Shown piece by piece: positions 1-8,171 of a DNA stretch of 64,000 nt. Numbering within the stretch: position 1 is the first letter of the stretch; each line of letters starts with the position of its first letter. The translations under genes were made by a program, and so were the position numbers. The stretch is taken from the NCBI GenBank assembly GCA_017632345.1, contig JAGBRL010000100.1:4850-68849 (forward strand), in the 5' to 3' direction. The notes under the pieces were generated by a model, which ran no database searches, was not told the origin of the DNA, and saw nothing but the letters and a program-made list of their open reading frames with translations. Source of the DNA: Paludibacteraceae bacterium. GTDB taxonomy: Bacteria; Bacteroidota; Bacteroidia; Bacteroidales; Paludibacteraceae.

Positions 1-201
1 TGCAAGGGGCTGGACATCTATTTGGAGCGTGAAGTGAAGTGTGAGATTCTTCATTTGGAAGAGCCTCGCGCCATAAAATACAAAGGGGTGAAGATGCAGA
101 GTTTCGACGTGGAGTTCAGGACAAACGTCTCCTTGCCCGACTTTTGCGGCCTTGGCAAAGGCACCAGCCTTGGCATGGGAATGGTGAAAATGATGAAGTG
201 A
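1..201 (+). CDS. cas6: Cas6-like CRISPR endoribonuclease, C-terminal fragment (5' end outside window)
   Basis: Frame 1 is open from nt 1 to TGA 199-201 (..EFRTNVSLPDFCGLGKGTSLGMGMVKMMK*). The glycine-rich G-x-G-x5-G-x-G tail is the C-terminal loop typical of Cas6 RAMPs. It lies directly 5' of cas10. It is absent from the ORF track because it has no start in the window. Confidence 0.6.
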   Translation, partial: CKGLDIYLEREVKCEILHLEEPRAIKYKGVKMQSFDVEFRTNVSLPDFCGLGKGTSLGMGMVKMMK

Positions 202-218
202 AATGTAAAAAATATAAT

Positions 219-2801
219 ATGAAAGATAGAGTTAGAGAACATATTTATTTAGCAGCGCTGCTGCACGATATCGGCAAGTTTTATCAGAGGGCGGATAAGT
301 CGTTTTCGGATAAAACGAATGAACTGTCGGACTCTGTAAAGAATATAGCAGGGCTTATTTGTCCATTGAATAATGAGGGTAGATTTGGATATCAGCATAC
401 AGTATGGACGCTTCAATTTTTGACGGAAATAGAAGCGACACTTAAGAAGATACCGGACTTTTCTCAGAACCTGTTTGATGGAGAGAAAAATCAGGATACA
501 ATTTTTCAGTTGGCATCATTCCACCATAAGCCAAGTACGGAATTGCAAGCTTTGATTTCGCTTGCAGATTGGTGGAGTGCCGGTGTTGATAGAAGAGTAA
601 AACTGGAGGAAGAGAATGGTGATATAGACGCTATTAAGTGGGGAAAGAATCGTTATAAGCAGATACCGCTTTATTCGGTGTTTAATGGCATTAATGAAGG
701 AAAGGGTAAGTCTGCATTTGGGCTACGTTCGTTGTCAATAGAAAAAGACGGATTTTTTCCGAATGATGTAAATTGTCCGCAAGATGGTATTTCGCAAGAA
801 AAGTATGAAAATCTTTGGATGGGATTTAAGAAAGAGTTTGATAAACTGCCAACAGATACATTTGACGGCTTTGCAGAGAGTTTGTTGAATCTGTTGAAGA
901 AATATACTTGGTGCATTCCATCTAATACAACAGATATGTCTAATGTGAGTCTATTTGACCACTTAAAGACAACAGCTGCGTTTGCAGATTGCTTGTATAT
1001 GTATAAGCAAGAAAAACCAGATGATTTTATATATCAAAATCAGCGTTTGACTTTAAAAGAAGGAGTCCAGCCGGTGTTGTTGTTAGGTGGTGATTTGTCC
1101 GGTATCCAGAAGTTCATCTATAACATTGCATCGCGCAAGGCTGCCGTTAGTTTGAAAGGACGTTCGTTCTATCTGCAATTGTTGATAGACTCTATAATTC
1201 AGAGAATTATCCAACATCCAGACATTAAAGCAACACTTGGTCATGTGGTGTATTCTTCTGGAGGTAAGTTTTATATGCTGTTACCTAATACAGAGAAAGT
1301 TAAGTCTGCTATTAAGGGGTTGAAAAGAAGTATAGAACAAGAACTTTGGAAGCAACATCATGGACAGCTTGTGGTAAATATGGATTATGTTCCGTTTGCA
1401 TACAATGTAGGTGGAAAAGGAATCGATTTTGAGAATCAAAAGAATCAAGAAATAGGTTTGTTATGGAAAGCACTTGCTGAGAATTTGACATCACAGAAGA
1501 ATCAGAAGTTTAAGAATGTACTTTTGAGTGAAGATTTCTTTAAAGTTCAGGAAGTCGGGGGTGATGTAAAAGTTTGTGCGGTGACAGGTATTGAATCTAG
1601 TATTGATAAATGTGTACCTATTGACCCTAAAGAAAAAGAAGAAGAAAGAACTTATGTTTTAAAGAAAGTCAAAGAACAAGCAGATTTAGGGAAGACCCTG
1701 AAAGATGCAGATTATATTGTTACGTACCGTTCTGATGATACAAACAAGTATATAAAGAATAAGGTAAAGATTGATATTCATAGTGCTGGTATTCATAATT
1801 ATTTGTTTGATCAATTAGAACTAACGGTTGATGATGCAGATTTTAGGAATATTACTTCTGCAGACACTTGTAGAGTGAAACGAATTAATAACACAGATTT
1901 TCTTGCAGCTCCGCTAAAAGGCAATGGTTGCAGTTATGGTTTTCAGTTCTATGGAGGTAATAAGCAAGCGCAGAAAGATGGTAGAGATAAAACTTTTGAA
2001 GAGTTGGCGGACGGAAGTTATTTAGGCGTTTTGCGTATGGATGTTGATAATCTTGGTTCGATATTTATCAAAGGACTTCCTGATAAGGATAAAAGTTTCT
2101 CAGCATATTCAACGCTCTCGTTTATGTTAGATTACTTTTTTAGTGGTTATCTGAATACTATACGTGAAAAGTACGAGGAGGATGTAAACATATTATATTC
2201 CGGAGGTGATGATGTCTTTGCTGTAGGTCGTTGGGATAAATTGATTGAATTTGCGGCTGATATTCGTAAGGACTTTGCAAAGTTTGTAGGAAGAGAAGAT
2301 ATATCTATTTCCGGAGGTATTGCAATAGTCGGGGATAAATTTCCTATAGCAAAAGCCGCAGAGTTGGCAGGAGACGCAGAGCATAATGCCAAAAGTAATA
2401 GCGAAGCGAAGAATGCTTTCAATATGTTTGGTGAGACAATTTCATGGAAAGATGACTTTGGATATGTGGAGAGATATAAGAAAGAATTTGTAGATCTAAT
2501 AAAAAATGAAAATCTTTCAAAAGGTATCTTGCATAAGATTAAAACATATGCATTGATGATAAAAGATAATAAAGAGAAAGAAAAACGAGGCGATAGGAAG
2601 AATATGAGTTATTTGTGGCACACTTCATATTATTTGTCTCGCTATATGGAAAGTCATAAGAAGAATCAGAGTGTATATGATTTTTGTAAGAATTTGAGAG
2701 ATAAAGAATTGTTGGATACTCGTAAATATGAGTTGATGGCAGTAGCAGCCCGTTGGGCAGAATTAGAGTTAAAAGAAAATAATGTAGAACAAAATAAATA
2801 G
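219..2801 (+). CDS. cas10: Cas10/Csm1, type III-A large subunit (HD nuclease plus GGDD cyclase palm)
   Basis: I chose ATG 219 (MKDRVREH..) because the ORF-track start at 144 overlaps the cas6 tail. Motifs: HD motif LAALLHDIGKF (His-Asp = nt 264-269), palm-1 loop GGDLSGIQKFIY, cyclase motif YSGGDDVFAVG (GGDD = nt 2202-2213). Confidence 0.93.
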   Translation: MKDRVREHIYLAALLHDIGKFYQRADKSFSDKTNELSDSVKNIAGLICPLNNEGRFGYQHTVWTLQFLTEIEATLKKIPDFSQNLFDGEKNQDTIFQLASFHHKPSTELQALISLADWWSAGVDRRVKLEEENGDIDAIKWGKNRYKQIPLYSVFNGINEGKGKSAFGLRSLSIEKDGFFPNDVNCPQDGISQEKYENLWMGFKKEFDKLPTDTFDGFAESLLNLLKKYTWCIPSNTTDMSNVSLFDHLKTTAAFADCLYMYKQEKPDDFIYQNQRLTLKEGVQPVLLLGGDLSGIQKFIYNIASRKAAVSLKGRSFYLQLLIDSIIQRIIQHPDIKATLGHVVYSSGGKFYMLLPNTEKVKSAIKGLKRSIEQELWKQHHGQLVVNMDYVPFAYNVGGKGIDFENQKNQEIGLLWKALAENLTSQKNQKFKNVLLSEDFFKVQEVGGDVKVCAVTGIESSIDKCVPIDPKEKEEERTYVLKKVKEQADLGKTLKDADYIVTYRSDDTNKYIKNKVKIDIHSAGIHNYLFDQLELTVDDADFRNITSADTCRVKRINNTDFLAAPLKGNGCSYGFQFYGGNKQAQKDGRDKTFEELADGSYLGVLRMDVDNLGSIFIKGLPDKDKSFSAYSTLSFMLDYFFSGYLNTIREKYEEDVNILYSGGDDVFAVGRWDKLIEFAADIRKDFAKFVGREDISISGGIAIVGDKFPIAKAAELAGDAEHNAKSNSEAKNAFNMFGETISWKDDFGYVERYKKEFVDLIKNENLSKGILHKIKTYALMIKDNKEKEKRGDRKNMSYLWHTSYYLSRYMESHKKNQSVYDFCKNLRDKELLDTRKYELMAVAARWAELELKENNVEQNK

Positions 2802-2808
2802 TTAAGTT

Positions 2809-3255
2809 ATGGCATGGGATAGAAATGATTTAATTCCGCAGACTGAGATTACCGAAAAGGTAACTCAAAGAACCGTAGATTTTGCAAAACGTTTTGGTGC
2901 GTATTTAGGTAAAGATGATAGACGTCCATCTACGGATAGGAATGGTAGAAATATAGAAATTAAAGAATCAAAGTTGACAACAAGTCAGCTTCGTAAATTC
3001 TTTGGAGAAGTGAAAAGACAACAAATGTCAGGATATGACGAAACGGATTTTGTCCTTCTTAAGCCAAAGTTAGCTTATGCTGTGGGACGTGCAAAGGATG
3101 CAAATGCAAAAATTAATGATTTTTACTTTGTGATTTCTAAAGCGATAGACAATGTGAGTTCTGAATTGCACTTTAAGAATTTTATAAAAGTATTTGAAGC
3201 TATTGTAGCTTATCATAAAGCAGCAGAAGAGAGTAAATTAAATGATAACAATTAA
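2809..3255 (+). CDS. csm2: Csm2, type III-A small subunit
   Basis: 148 aa, all-helical looking. It has TTSQLRKFFGEV and a C-terminal FEAIVAYHK, as in Csm2/Cas11 small subunits. Its position between cas10 and csm3 fits. Confidence 0.8.
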   Translation: MAWDRNDLIPQTEITEKVTQRTVDFAKRFGAYLGKDDRRPSTDRNGRNIEIKESKLTTSQLRKFFGEVKRQQMSGYDETDFVLLKPKLAYAVGRAKDANAKINDFYFVISKAIDNVSSELHFKNFIKVFEAIVAYHKAAEESKLNDNN

Positions 3256-3266
3256 TTGTATAGGAA

Positions 3267-3914
3267 ATGAAACAGTTAGTAAAGAAAATAAAGATAAATA
3301 CCACTATAGAATTATTGACAGGTTTACATATTGGTGGTAGCAGTGATAATGTTGAAATTGGAGGTATTGATAACCCTGTTATCAAGATTGCAACAAAGGA
3401 CAATCAGCCATATATTCCTGGAAGTTCTTTGAAGGGAAAGATGCGTTGTTTGTTGGAGCAAATTGCAGGTGCGGCAAAAGTGGGTGGTAACTCAGATGTA
3501 AATAATTTGTTTGGATTCTCGCAGAGTAATCAACCATCTAAACTAATAGTTCGCGATGCAATGTTGCAAGAAAAATCAGCTAGCGAATTGAGAGCGTGTT
3601 ACAATTTGGATATGCCATATACAGAGGGTAAGTGGGAGAATGTGATAGATAGAGTGAAAGGTACAGCTGAACATCCTCGTCAAATGGAGCGTATTCCAGC
3701 AGGTGTCTTTTTTGATGTAGAGTTCGTTGTCAATGTATGGGATGATGACAAAGAGAAAGATTTGTTAGACCTATTACAAAAAGGAATCAACGCACTTGAA
3801 AACGATTATTTGGGTGGTAGTGGTTCTCGTGGTTATGGTCAAATCAAGTTTGATGACTTGAAGTATTCGCACGCAGATGAAACCACAGAATGGAAAATGG
3901 TAGAAGGTAAATAG
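3267..3914 (+). CDS. csm3: Csm3 (Cas7-family RAMP, backbone / target-RNA cleaving subunit)
   Basis: TGLHIGGS..IGGIDNPVIK contains the catalytic-position Asp35 (nt 3369-3371). Also present: the GSSLKGKMR RAMP motif and a G-rich loop GGSGSRGYG near the C-terminus. Confidence 0.9.
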   Translation: MKQLVKKIKINTTIELLTGLHIGGSSDNVEIGGIDNPVIKIATKDNQPYIPGSSLKGKMRCLLEQIAGAAKVGGNSDVNNLFGFSQSNQPSKLIVRDAMLQEKSASELRACYNLDMPYTEGKWENVIDRVKGTAEHPRQMERIPAGVFFDVEFVVNVWDDDKEKDLLDLLQKGINALENDYLGGSGSRGYGQIKFDDLKYSHADETTEWKMVEGK

Positions 3915-3921
3915 TTTGAAT

Positions 3922-4923
3922 ATGGCAAAACGTAAATTTACAATATACAAACTTCATTTCACCTCGCCGTTGCACATTGGTGATGCAAGGGACGATTATA
4001 GTGTCAGTTTGAAAACAATTGCTTCTGACACTATGTATGCGGCTCTCACTTCGTGTTTGGCTAAGTTAGGGGAGTCTATACCGCCTGAGGGTGATTTGGG
4101 GTGTGTTATCAGCAGCCTTTTCCCGTTTTATCAAAAGGATGAGGCAAGTGATGCTGTGCTCTTCTTTCCAAAGCCATTGAAACAAACATTACCTACACTC
4201 AACGATTTAGCTAAGGCAAAGAGCGTGAAGAAAGTTTCATGGTTGGACAAAAACTATTTTGAGAAGGTGTTAAATGGGGAAACTTTGTTTAAAGATGGTG
4301 CTGATGTAGATAATGTAAAAGGTGATTTTTTGACCGTAGATAAAGTTTTTGATAAGGATTTTATCTCTTCTCAGGTTTTTCCAAGAGTTACCGTTTCAAG
4401 AGATGCAAGTGAAGATGCGGTTCCTTTTTACATGGATAGAGTCTTTTTCAAAGATTATTCCGGACTCTATTTTATAGCGGAGGGAGATGTTTCTTTAATA
4501 AAAAAGGCATTGGCGTTGTTGCAATCAGAAGGTATTGGGACAGATCGAAATGTAGGTAACGGTTTTTTTGAGTATGAGGAAAAAGATGTGGAATTGAATC
4601 TTCCAGACAAGGCTGATTTTGCATTGGCGTTGTCTAATTATATTCCAAATAACAAAGAAGAGTTGACGGATTTGATTGATAATGATAATGTTGCATACGA
4701 TTTTGTGCGTCGTGGTGGTTGGATAACTACGCCTCCTCACAATACAATTCGTAAGAATGCGGTCTATTCTTTTTCAGCATCATCTGTCTTTAAAAAGGAT
4801 ATGTCGGGTGTTTGTGAGTTGGGGAAGATTGTAGATTTAAGTCCTACTTTGGATTTTGAACCAAAGGTTAATCATCCGATTTGGCGTTGTGGAAAAGCAT
4901 TGTTCATTCCTATAAAGTTGTAA
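3922..4923 (+). CDS. csm4: Csm4 (Cas5-family RAMP)
   Basis: MAKRKFTIYKLHFTSPLHIGD.. N-terminus and a GIGTDRNVGNGFF glycine loop. The ORF track starts at a TTG at 3916. I prefer ATG 3922, but either is possible. Confidence 0.85.
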   Translation: MAKRKFTIYKLHFTSPLHIGDARDDYSVSLKTIASDTMYAALTSCLAKLGESIPPEGDLGCVISSLFPFYQKDEASDAVLFFPKPLKQTLPTLNDLAKAKSVKKVSWLDKNYFEKVLNGETLFKDGADVDNVKGDFLTVDKVFDKDFISSQVFPRVTVSRDASEDAVPFYMDRVFFKDYSGLYFIAEGDVSLIKKALALLQSEGIGTDRNVGNGFFEYEEKDVELNLPDKADFALALSNYIPNNKEELTDLIDNDNVAYDFVRRGGWITTPPHNTIRKNAVYSFSASSVFKKDMSGVCELGKIVDLSPTLDFEPKVNHPIWRCGKALFIPIKL

Positions 4924-4927
4924 GATT

Positions 4928-6634
4928 ATGGAAACAATAAATAAGAAATATGACTTAAAGATAGAAGTGCTTACGCCTCTGTCTATTGGTGCAGGAGCGG
5001 AAAAGGATTGGGTTAGAGGAGTGGATTTTGTTGTGAATAAAGGAAAAATATACAAACTCAATCTAAAGAAAATAGTCAGAGAGGGTGTGAATATAGACCG
5101 GTTGACATCTTTCTTTGCTTCTAAAAATGAACAAGGAATCATTAACTTAATAACAGAACCCAAATTAGAGAAAGTTTCTGATTTTGTGATGCCTTTGCCG
5201 GCAGATTCTCCTAACGATATAAAGGCATTTGTAAAGAATCAGTTGACAGGGAAGCCTATCTTGGCAGGAAGTTCTTTGAAGGGGGCTATCCGTTCCATCT
5301 TATTTGATTATTTGCGAGATAGGGAGCATGATGAAAAACAGGTATTTGGAAGTTCTGTAAAAGGAGATGAGTTTATGCGTTTCATCAAAATCTCTGATGC
5401 AGAATTTGATGGTACCTCTCTTGTAAATACCAAGATATTCAATTTGCAAAAGAAAGGAAATTGGATAGGAGGATGGAAGCATGGAGGGCGAGATACTGGC
5501 GATACTTTTAGCCCCAAAGGTTTTAATACAATATATGAGTGTTTGAAACCAATGCAGTGTGGTTTTGCAAGTATAATGTTGTCATTGAGTCAGTTTGATA
5601 AAATTGATAACCATTCATACCAGCAAGAGAAAAGAGGTATATTAAACAATGATTTGTTTAAGGTTATAAATAACCATACAAAAGAATATTTGAAGAAAGA
5701 AAAAGCTTTTTTTGAGGAGTATTCTGCAGATAAAACCAATTTAATAGTTGATTCAATAAACAATTTGTTGAATCTTATACCTTCTGACAATTCCTATTGT
5801 ATTTTGAAAATGTCCGCTGGCTCAGGTTTTCATTCTATTACAGGAGATTGGCAGTTTGAAGATTATTCTATTGATTCAATAACTTTAAAACGTAATGGAG
5901 GTACCGATAAAAGTTTTGGATATAATATCGATGGTAAAAAATCTAAATCTGCAAAATCTCGTAAAATAGCAGTCTATGGTGAACACTTTGATTTAATGGG
6001 TTTTGTGAAACTCACAGCGATAAGCGAAGAAGAAAAAGAGAAAGAACGGTTAGAACGAGAGGCTTTAGCTCGTGAGCAGGCAGAAAATGAAAGGAAACAG
6101 AGAGAAGAGCAAGAGCGATTAGAGAATGAACTAAAGAAAAAGGAGGAAGAGTTTGCTAGTTTTTATAAACTTGCGGAAGAGGCATATTCTGCAGAACAAT
6201 GGTCGGAAGTTTTGCAACATATTGAGAGTGCAGTACGTATTTTCTCTGATAGGTCATCACGCTTTGATTCTTTAAAGAGTATTGCGAATGAATATATAAA
6301 GTTGCAAGAACAACAAAAGGCTATAGACGAGGTAAAGCAAAAAGAGGATGAAGAGCGTAAAATTGCTAATAAGGTATCTCTTGCTGAAAAAATTGCAGGT
6401 ATGAACAAAATTCCAACATTGTGTGGAAATGTTAAGCAATGGATGAAATATAATAATTTAGGGGAACTTACAGAAGATGACAAAGTTGTATTAAAGAGTA
6501 AATTATTAGATTTAGGTAAGTCTTTGAAAGAGAAAGAGTTTAAAAAGCAGATGAATTCTTCTATAAAAGATTTGACTTTGATTCTTGGTCAAGACCTTGC
6601 TCAGCAATGGTTTGATGAAATTGTTAAAGGATAA
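4928..6634 (+). CDS. csm5: Csm5 RAMP fused to a ~200-aa charged/helical C-terminal extension
   Basis: The N-terminal 365 aa have RAMP features (LTPLSIGAG, LAGSSLKGAIRS, MSAGSGFHSITG). From Ser366 (nt 6023) onward comes EEEKEKERLEREALAREQAENERKQREEQERLENELKKKEEE and then a further helical region. This part is not found in canonical Csm5. Confidence 0.8.
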   Translation: METINKKYDLKIEVLTPLSIGAGAEKDWVRGVDFVVNKGKIYKLNLKKIVREGVNIDRLTSFFASKNEQGIINLITEPKLEKVSDFVMPLPADSPNDIKAFVKNQLTGKPILAGSSLKGAIRSILFDYLRDREHDEKQVFGSSVKGDEFMRFIKISDAEFDGTSLVNTKIFNLQKKGNWIGGWKHGGRDTGDTFSPKGFNTIYECLKPMQCGFASIMLSLSQFDKIDNHSYQQEKRGILNNDLFKVINNHTKEYLKKEKAFFEEYSADKTNLIVDSINNLLNLIPSDNSYCILKMSAGSGFHSITGDWQFEDYSIDSITLKRNGGTDKSFGYNIDGKKSKSAKSRKIAVYGEHFDLMGFVKLTAISEEEKEKERLEREALAREQAENERKQREEQERLENELKKKEEEFASFYKLAEEAYSAEQWSEVLQHIESAVRIFSDRSSRFDSLKSIANEYIKLQEQQKAIDEVKQKEDEERKIANKVSLAEKIAGMNKIPTLCGNVKQWMKYNNLGELTEDDKVVLKSKLLDLGKSLKEKEFKKQMNSSIKDLTLILGQDLAQQWFDEIVKG

Positions 6635-6641
6635 AACAATC

Positions 6642-6673
6642 CCCCTGCCACTCCGGCAGGGGTTCTTTTTTTT
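6642..6673 (+). terminator. Intrinsic terminator of the csm operon
   Basis: CCCCTGCC (6642-6649) / GGCAGGGG (6655-6662), a 5-nt loop, then TTCTTTTTTTTTG, 8 nt after the csm5 stop. Confidence 0.8.
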
Positions 6674-6818
6674 GATTTCTTTACAAGACTTCATAAGTTA
6701 TACAGTCCTTTTATAACAAAAATCTTTGGACTATACCGTCTGTTTGTTACAAGAATTGCTAAATTATACCGTCATTTTATTACAATATTTTTATAATTAT
6801 ACCGTCATTTCATTACAA
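6665..6818 (+). repeat. Five direct repeats at an exact 33-nt period (22-nt core TTATACCGTCATTTTATTACAA, 11-nt unrelated linkers)
   Basis: Unit starts are 6665 (half-degenerate, only ATTTCTTTACAA kept), 6698, 6731, 6764 and 6797. The cores are TTATACAGTCCTTTTATAACAA, CTATACCGTCTGTTTGTTACAA, TTATACCGTCATTTTATTACAA and TTATACCGTCATTTCATTACAA. The last core ends 12 nt before ATG 6831. Confidence 0.85.
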
Positions 6819-6830
6819 AAAACATAGCGT

Positions 6831-8171
6831 ATGATAAGGAGATTGGCAATACATAAATTAAGAGAATGGAGATATTCTGAAGATCGGAAACCTCTGATAA
6901 TAAGGGGTGTTCGTCAGGTTGGAAAGACAACCTTGGTGAAAGAGTTTGCCAAGGAGTTTGATGTTTTTTTGCATCTTAACCTCGAGCGTAGTAAAGATTC
7001 CGAGCTATTTGAACAGACAGATGATGTGGCTCAATTGCTTCAATCTATCTATTTTCATAAAAAGCAGGAGAAAAAAGATGGTTCTGTACTTCTTTTCATA
7101 GATGAGATACAAAATTCAAAAAAGGCGGTTGCTATGTTGCGTTATTTCTATGAAGAAGCTCCGGAGATTCATGTAATTGTGGCAGGTTCTTTGTTAGAGA
7201 CGGTGATGGATGTCCGTAAAATCTCATTTCCGGTGGGACGAGTAGAGTTTATGTCATTGCGTCCGTGTTCTTTTTTGGAGTTTTTAGGCGGATTGGGCGA
7301 AGATTTTGACAAAGAACTTGTAGAGAATTTCAGCGTTGAGTCTGTTGTTCATGACCGTGTGATGCGGCTTTTTCGAGAGTATGTTTTGGTGGGTGGAATG
7401 CCGGCGGTGATTGTGCAGTATGCTAAAAAGAGAGACATCTTGTCGTGTGCGAGCGTGTTTAACTCATTGTTGCAAGCCTACAAAGATGATGTGGAGAAAT
7501 ATACAAGCAGCAAAACAATGGTGAAGGTGATACGCACGATAATGGACTATGGTTGGCAGAGTGCGGCAGAGACTATCTCGTTTGAAGGATTTGGCGGAAC
7601 CAGCTATCGGTCGAGAGAGATGAGCGAGGCTTTTCAAATCATCGCTAAAGCTATGTTGACAGAGTTGGTCTATCCAACATCAGATACCCAAGTTCCGATA
7701 TTGCCCAACTTTAAGAAACGTCCTAAGTTGTTGTGGGTGGATACAGGTATTGTCAATTATGCATCCAAAGTGCAGAACGATGTTTTTTCTGCAAAAGATA
7801 TATGTGACGTGTGGCGAGGCAGGATAGCGGAACATATAGTGGCTCAAGAACTTGTGGCGTATGACAATGATATATCTCTTCGTCATAACTATTGGCGCAG
7901 AGACAAGGAGGGGTCTGATGCAGAGGTTGATTTTCTTTATCAGTTCAAGAGCTTAGTGGTTCCGATAGAGGTGAAGTCCGGGCATATTGCCAAACTTAAA
8001 TCGTTGCATCTTTTTATGGAAAAAGCTCCGCACGCCATAGCAATCAGAGTTTGGTCTAATCCTTATTCTGTTGATAATGTGACAACTTCGGGAGGAAAGC
8101 AATTTAAGTTGTTCAACGTTCCGTTTTATTATGTTGGGCAAATAGAGAGGATATTAGAGAAGGAGTTGTGA
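6831..8171 (+). CDS. AAA+ ATPase of the COG1373 type (AAA_14 + DUF4143) with a C-terminal PD-(D/E)xK-like nuclease core
   Basis: Walker A GVRQVGKTT and Walker B LLFIDEIQ. The C-terminal AEVDFLYQFKSLVVPIEVKSG gives a D..ExK arrangement. Confidence 0.8.
   Translation: MIRRLAIHKLREWRYSEDRKPLIIRGVRQVGKTTLVKEFAKEFDVFLHLNLERSKDSELFEQTDDVAQLLQSIYFHKKQEKKDGSVLLFIDEIQNSKKAVAMLRYFYEEAPEIHVIVAGSLLETVMDVRKISFPVGRVEFMSLRPCSFLEFLGGLGEDFDKELVENFSVESVVHDRVMRLFREYVLVGGMPAVIVQYAKKRDILSCASVFNSLLQAYKDDVEKYTSSKTMVKVIRTIMDYGWQSAAETISFEGFGGTSYRSREMSEAFQIIAKAMLTELVYPTSDTQVPILPNFKKRPKLLWVDTGIVNYASKVQNDVFSAKDICDVWRGRIAEHIVAQELVAYDNDISLRHNYWRRDKEGSDAEVDFLYQFKSLVVPIEVKSGHIAKLKSLHLFMEKAPHAIAIRVWSNPYSVDNVTTSGGKQFKLFNVPFYYVGQIERILEKEL

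Noticed and set aside
144-218. ORF-track N-terminal extension of cas10 (MRPWQRHQPWHGNGENDEVKCKKYN)
   Set aside because: It overlaps the cas6 coding tail in another frame. The conserved HD-domain N-terminus starts cleanly at ATG 219.
6665-6818. Could the 33-nt-period repeats be a small CRISPR array?
   Set aside because: The repeat core is 22 nt and the spacers only 11 nt, far below functional crRNA dimensions. The units are degenerate, and the array lies downstream of a terminator at the 3' end of the cas operon. I treat it as a protein-binding repeat array instead.
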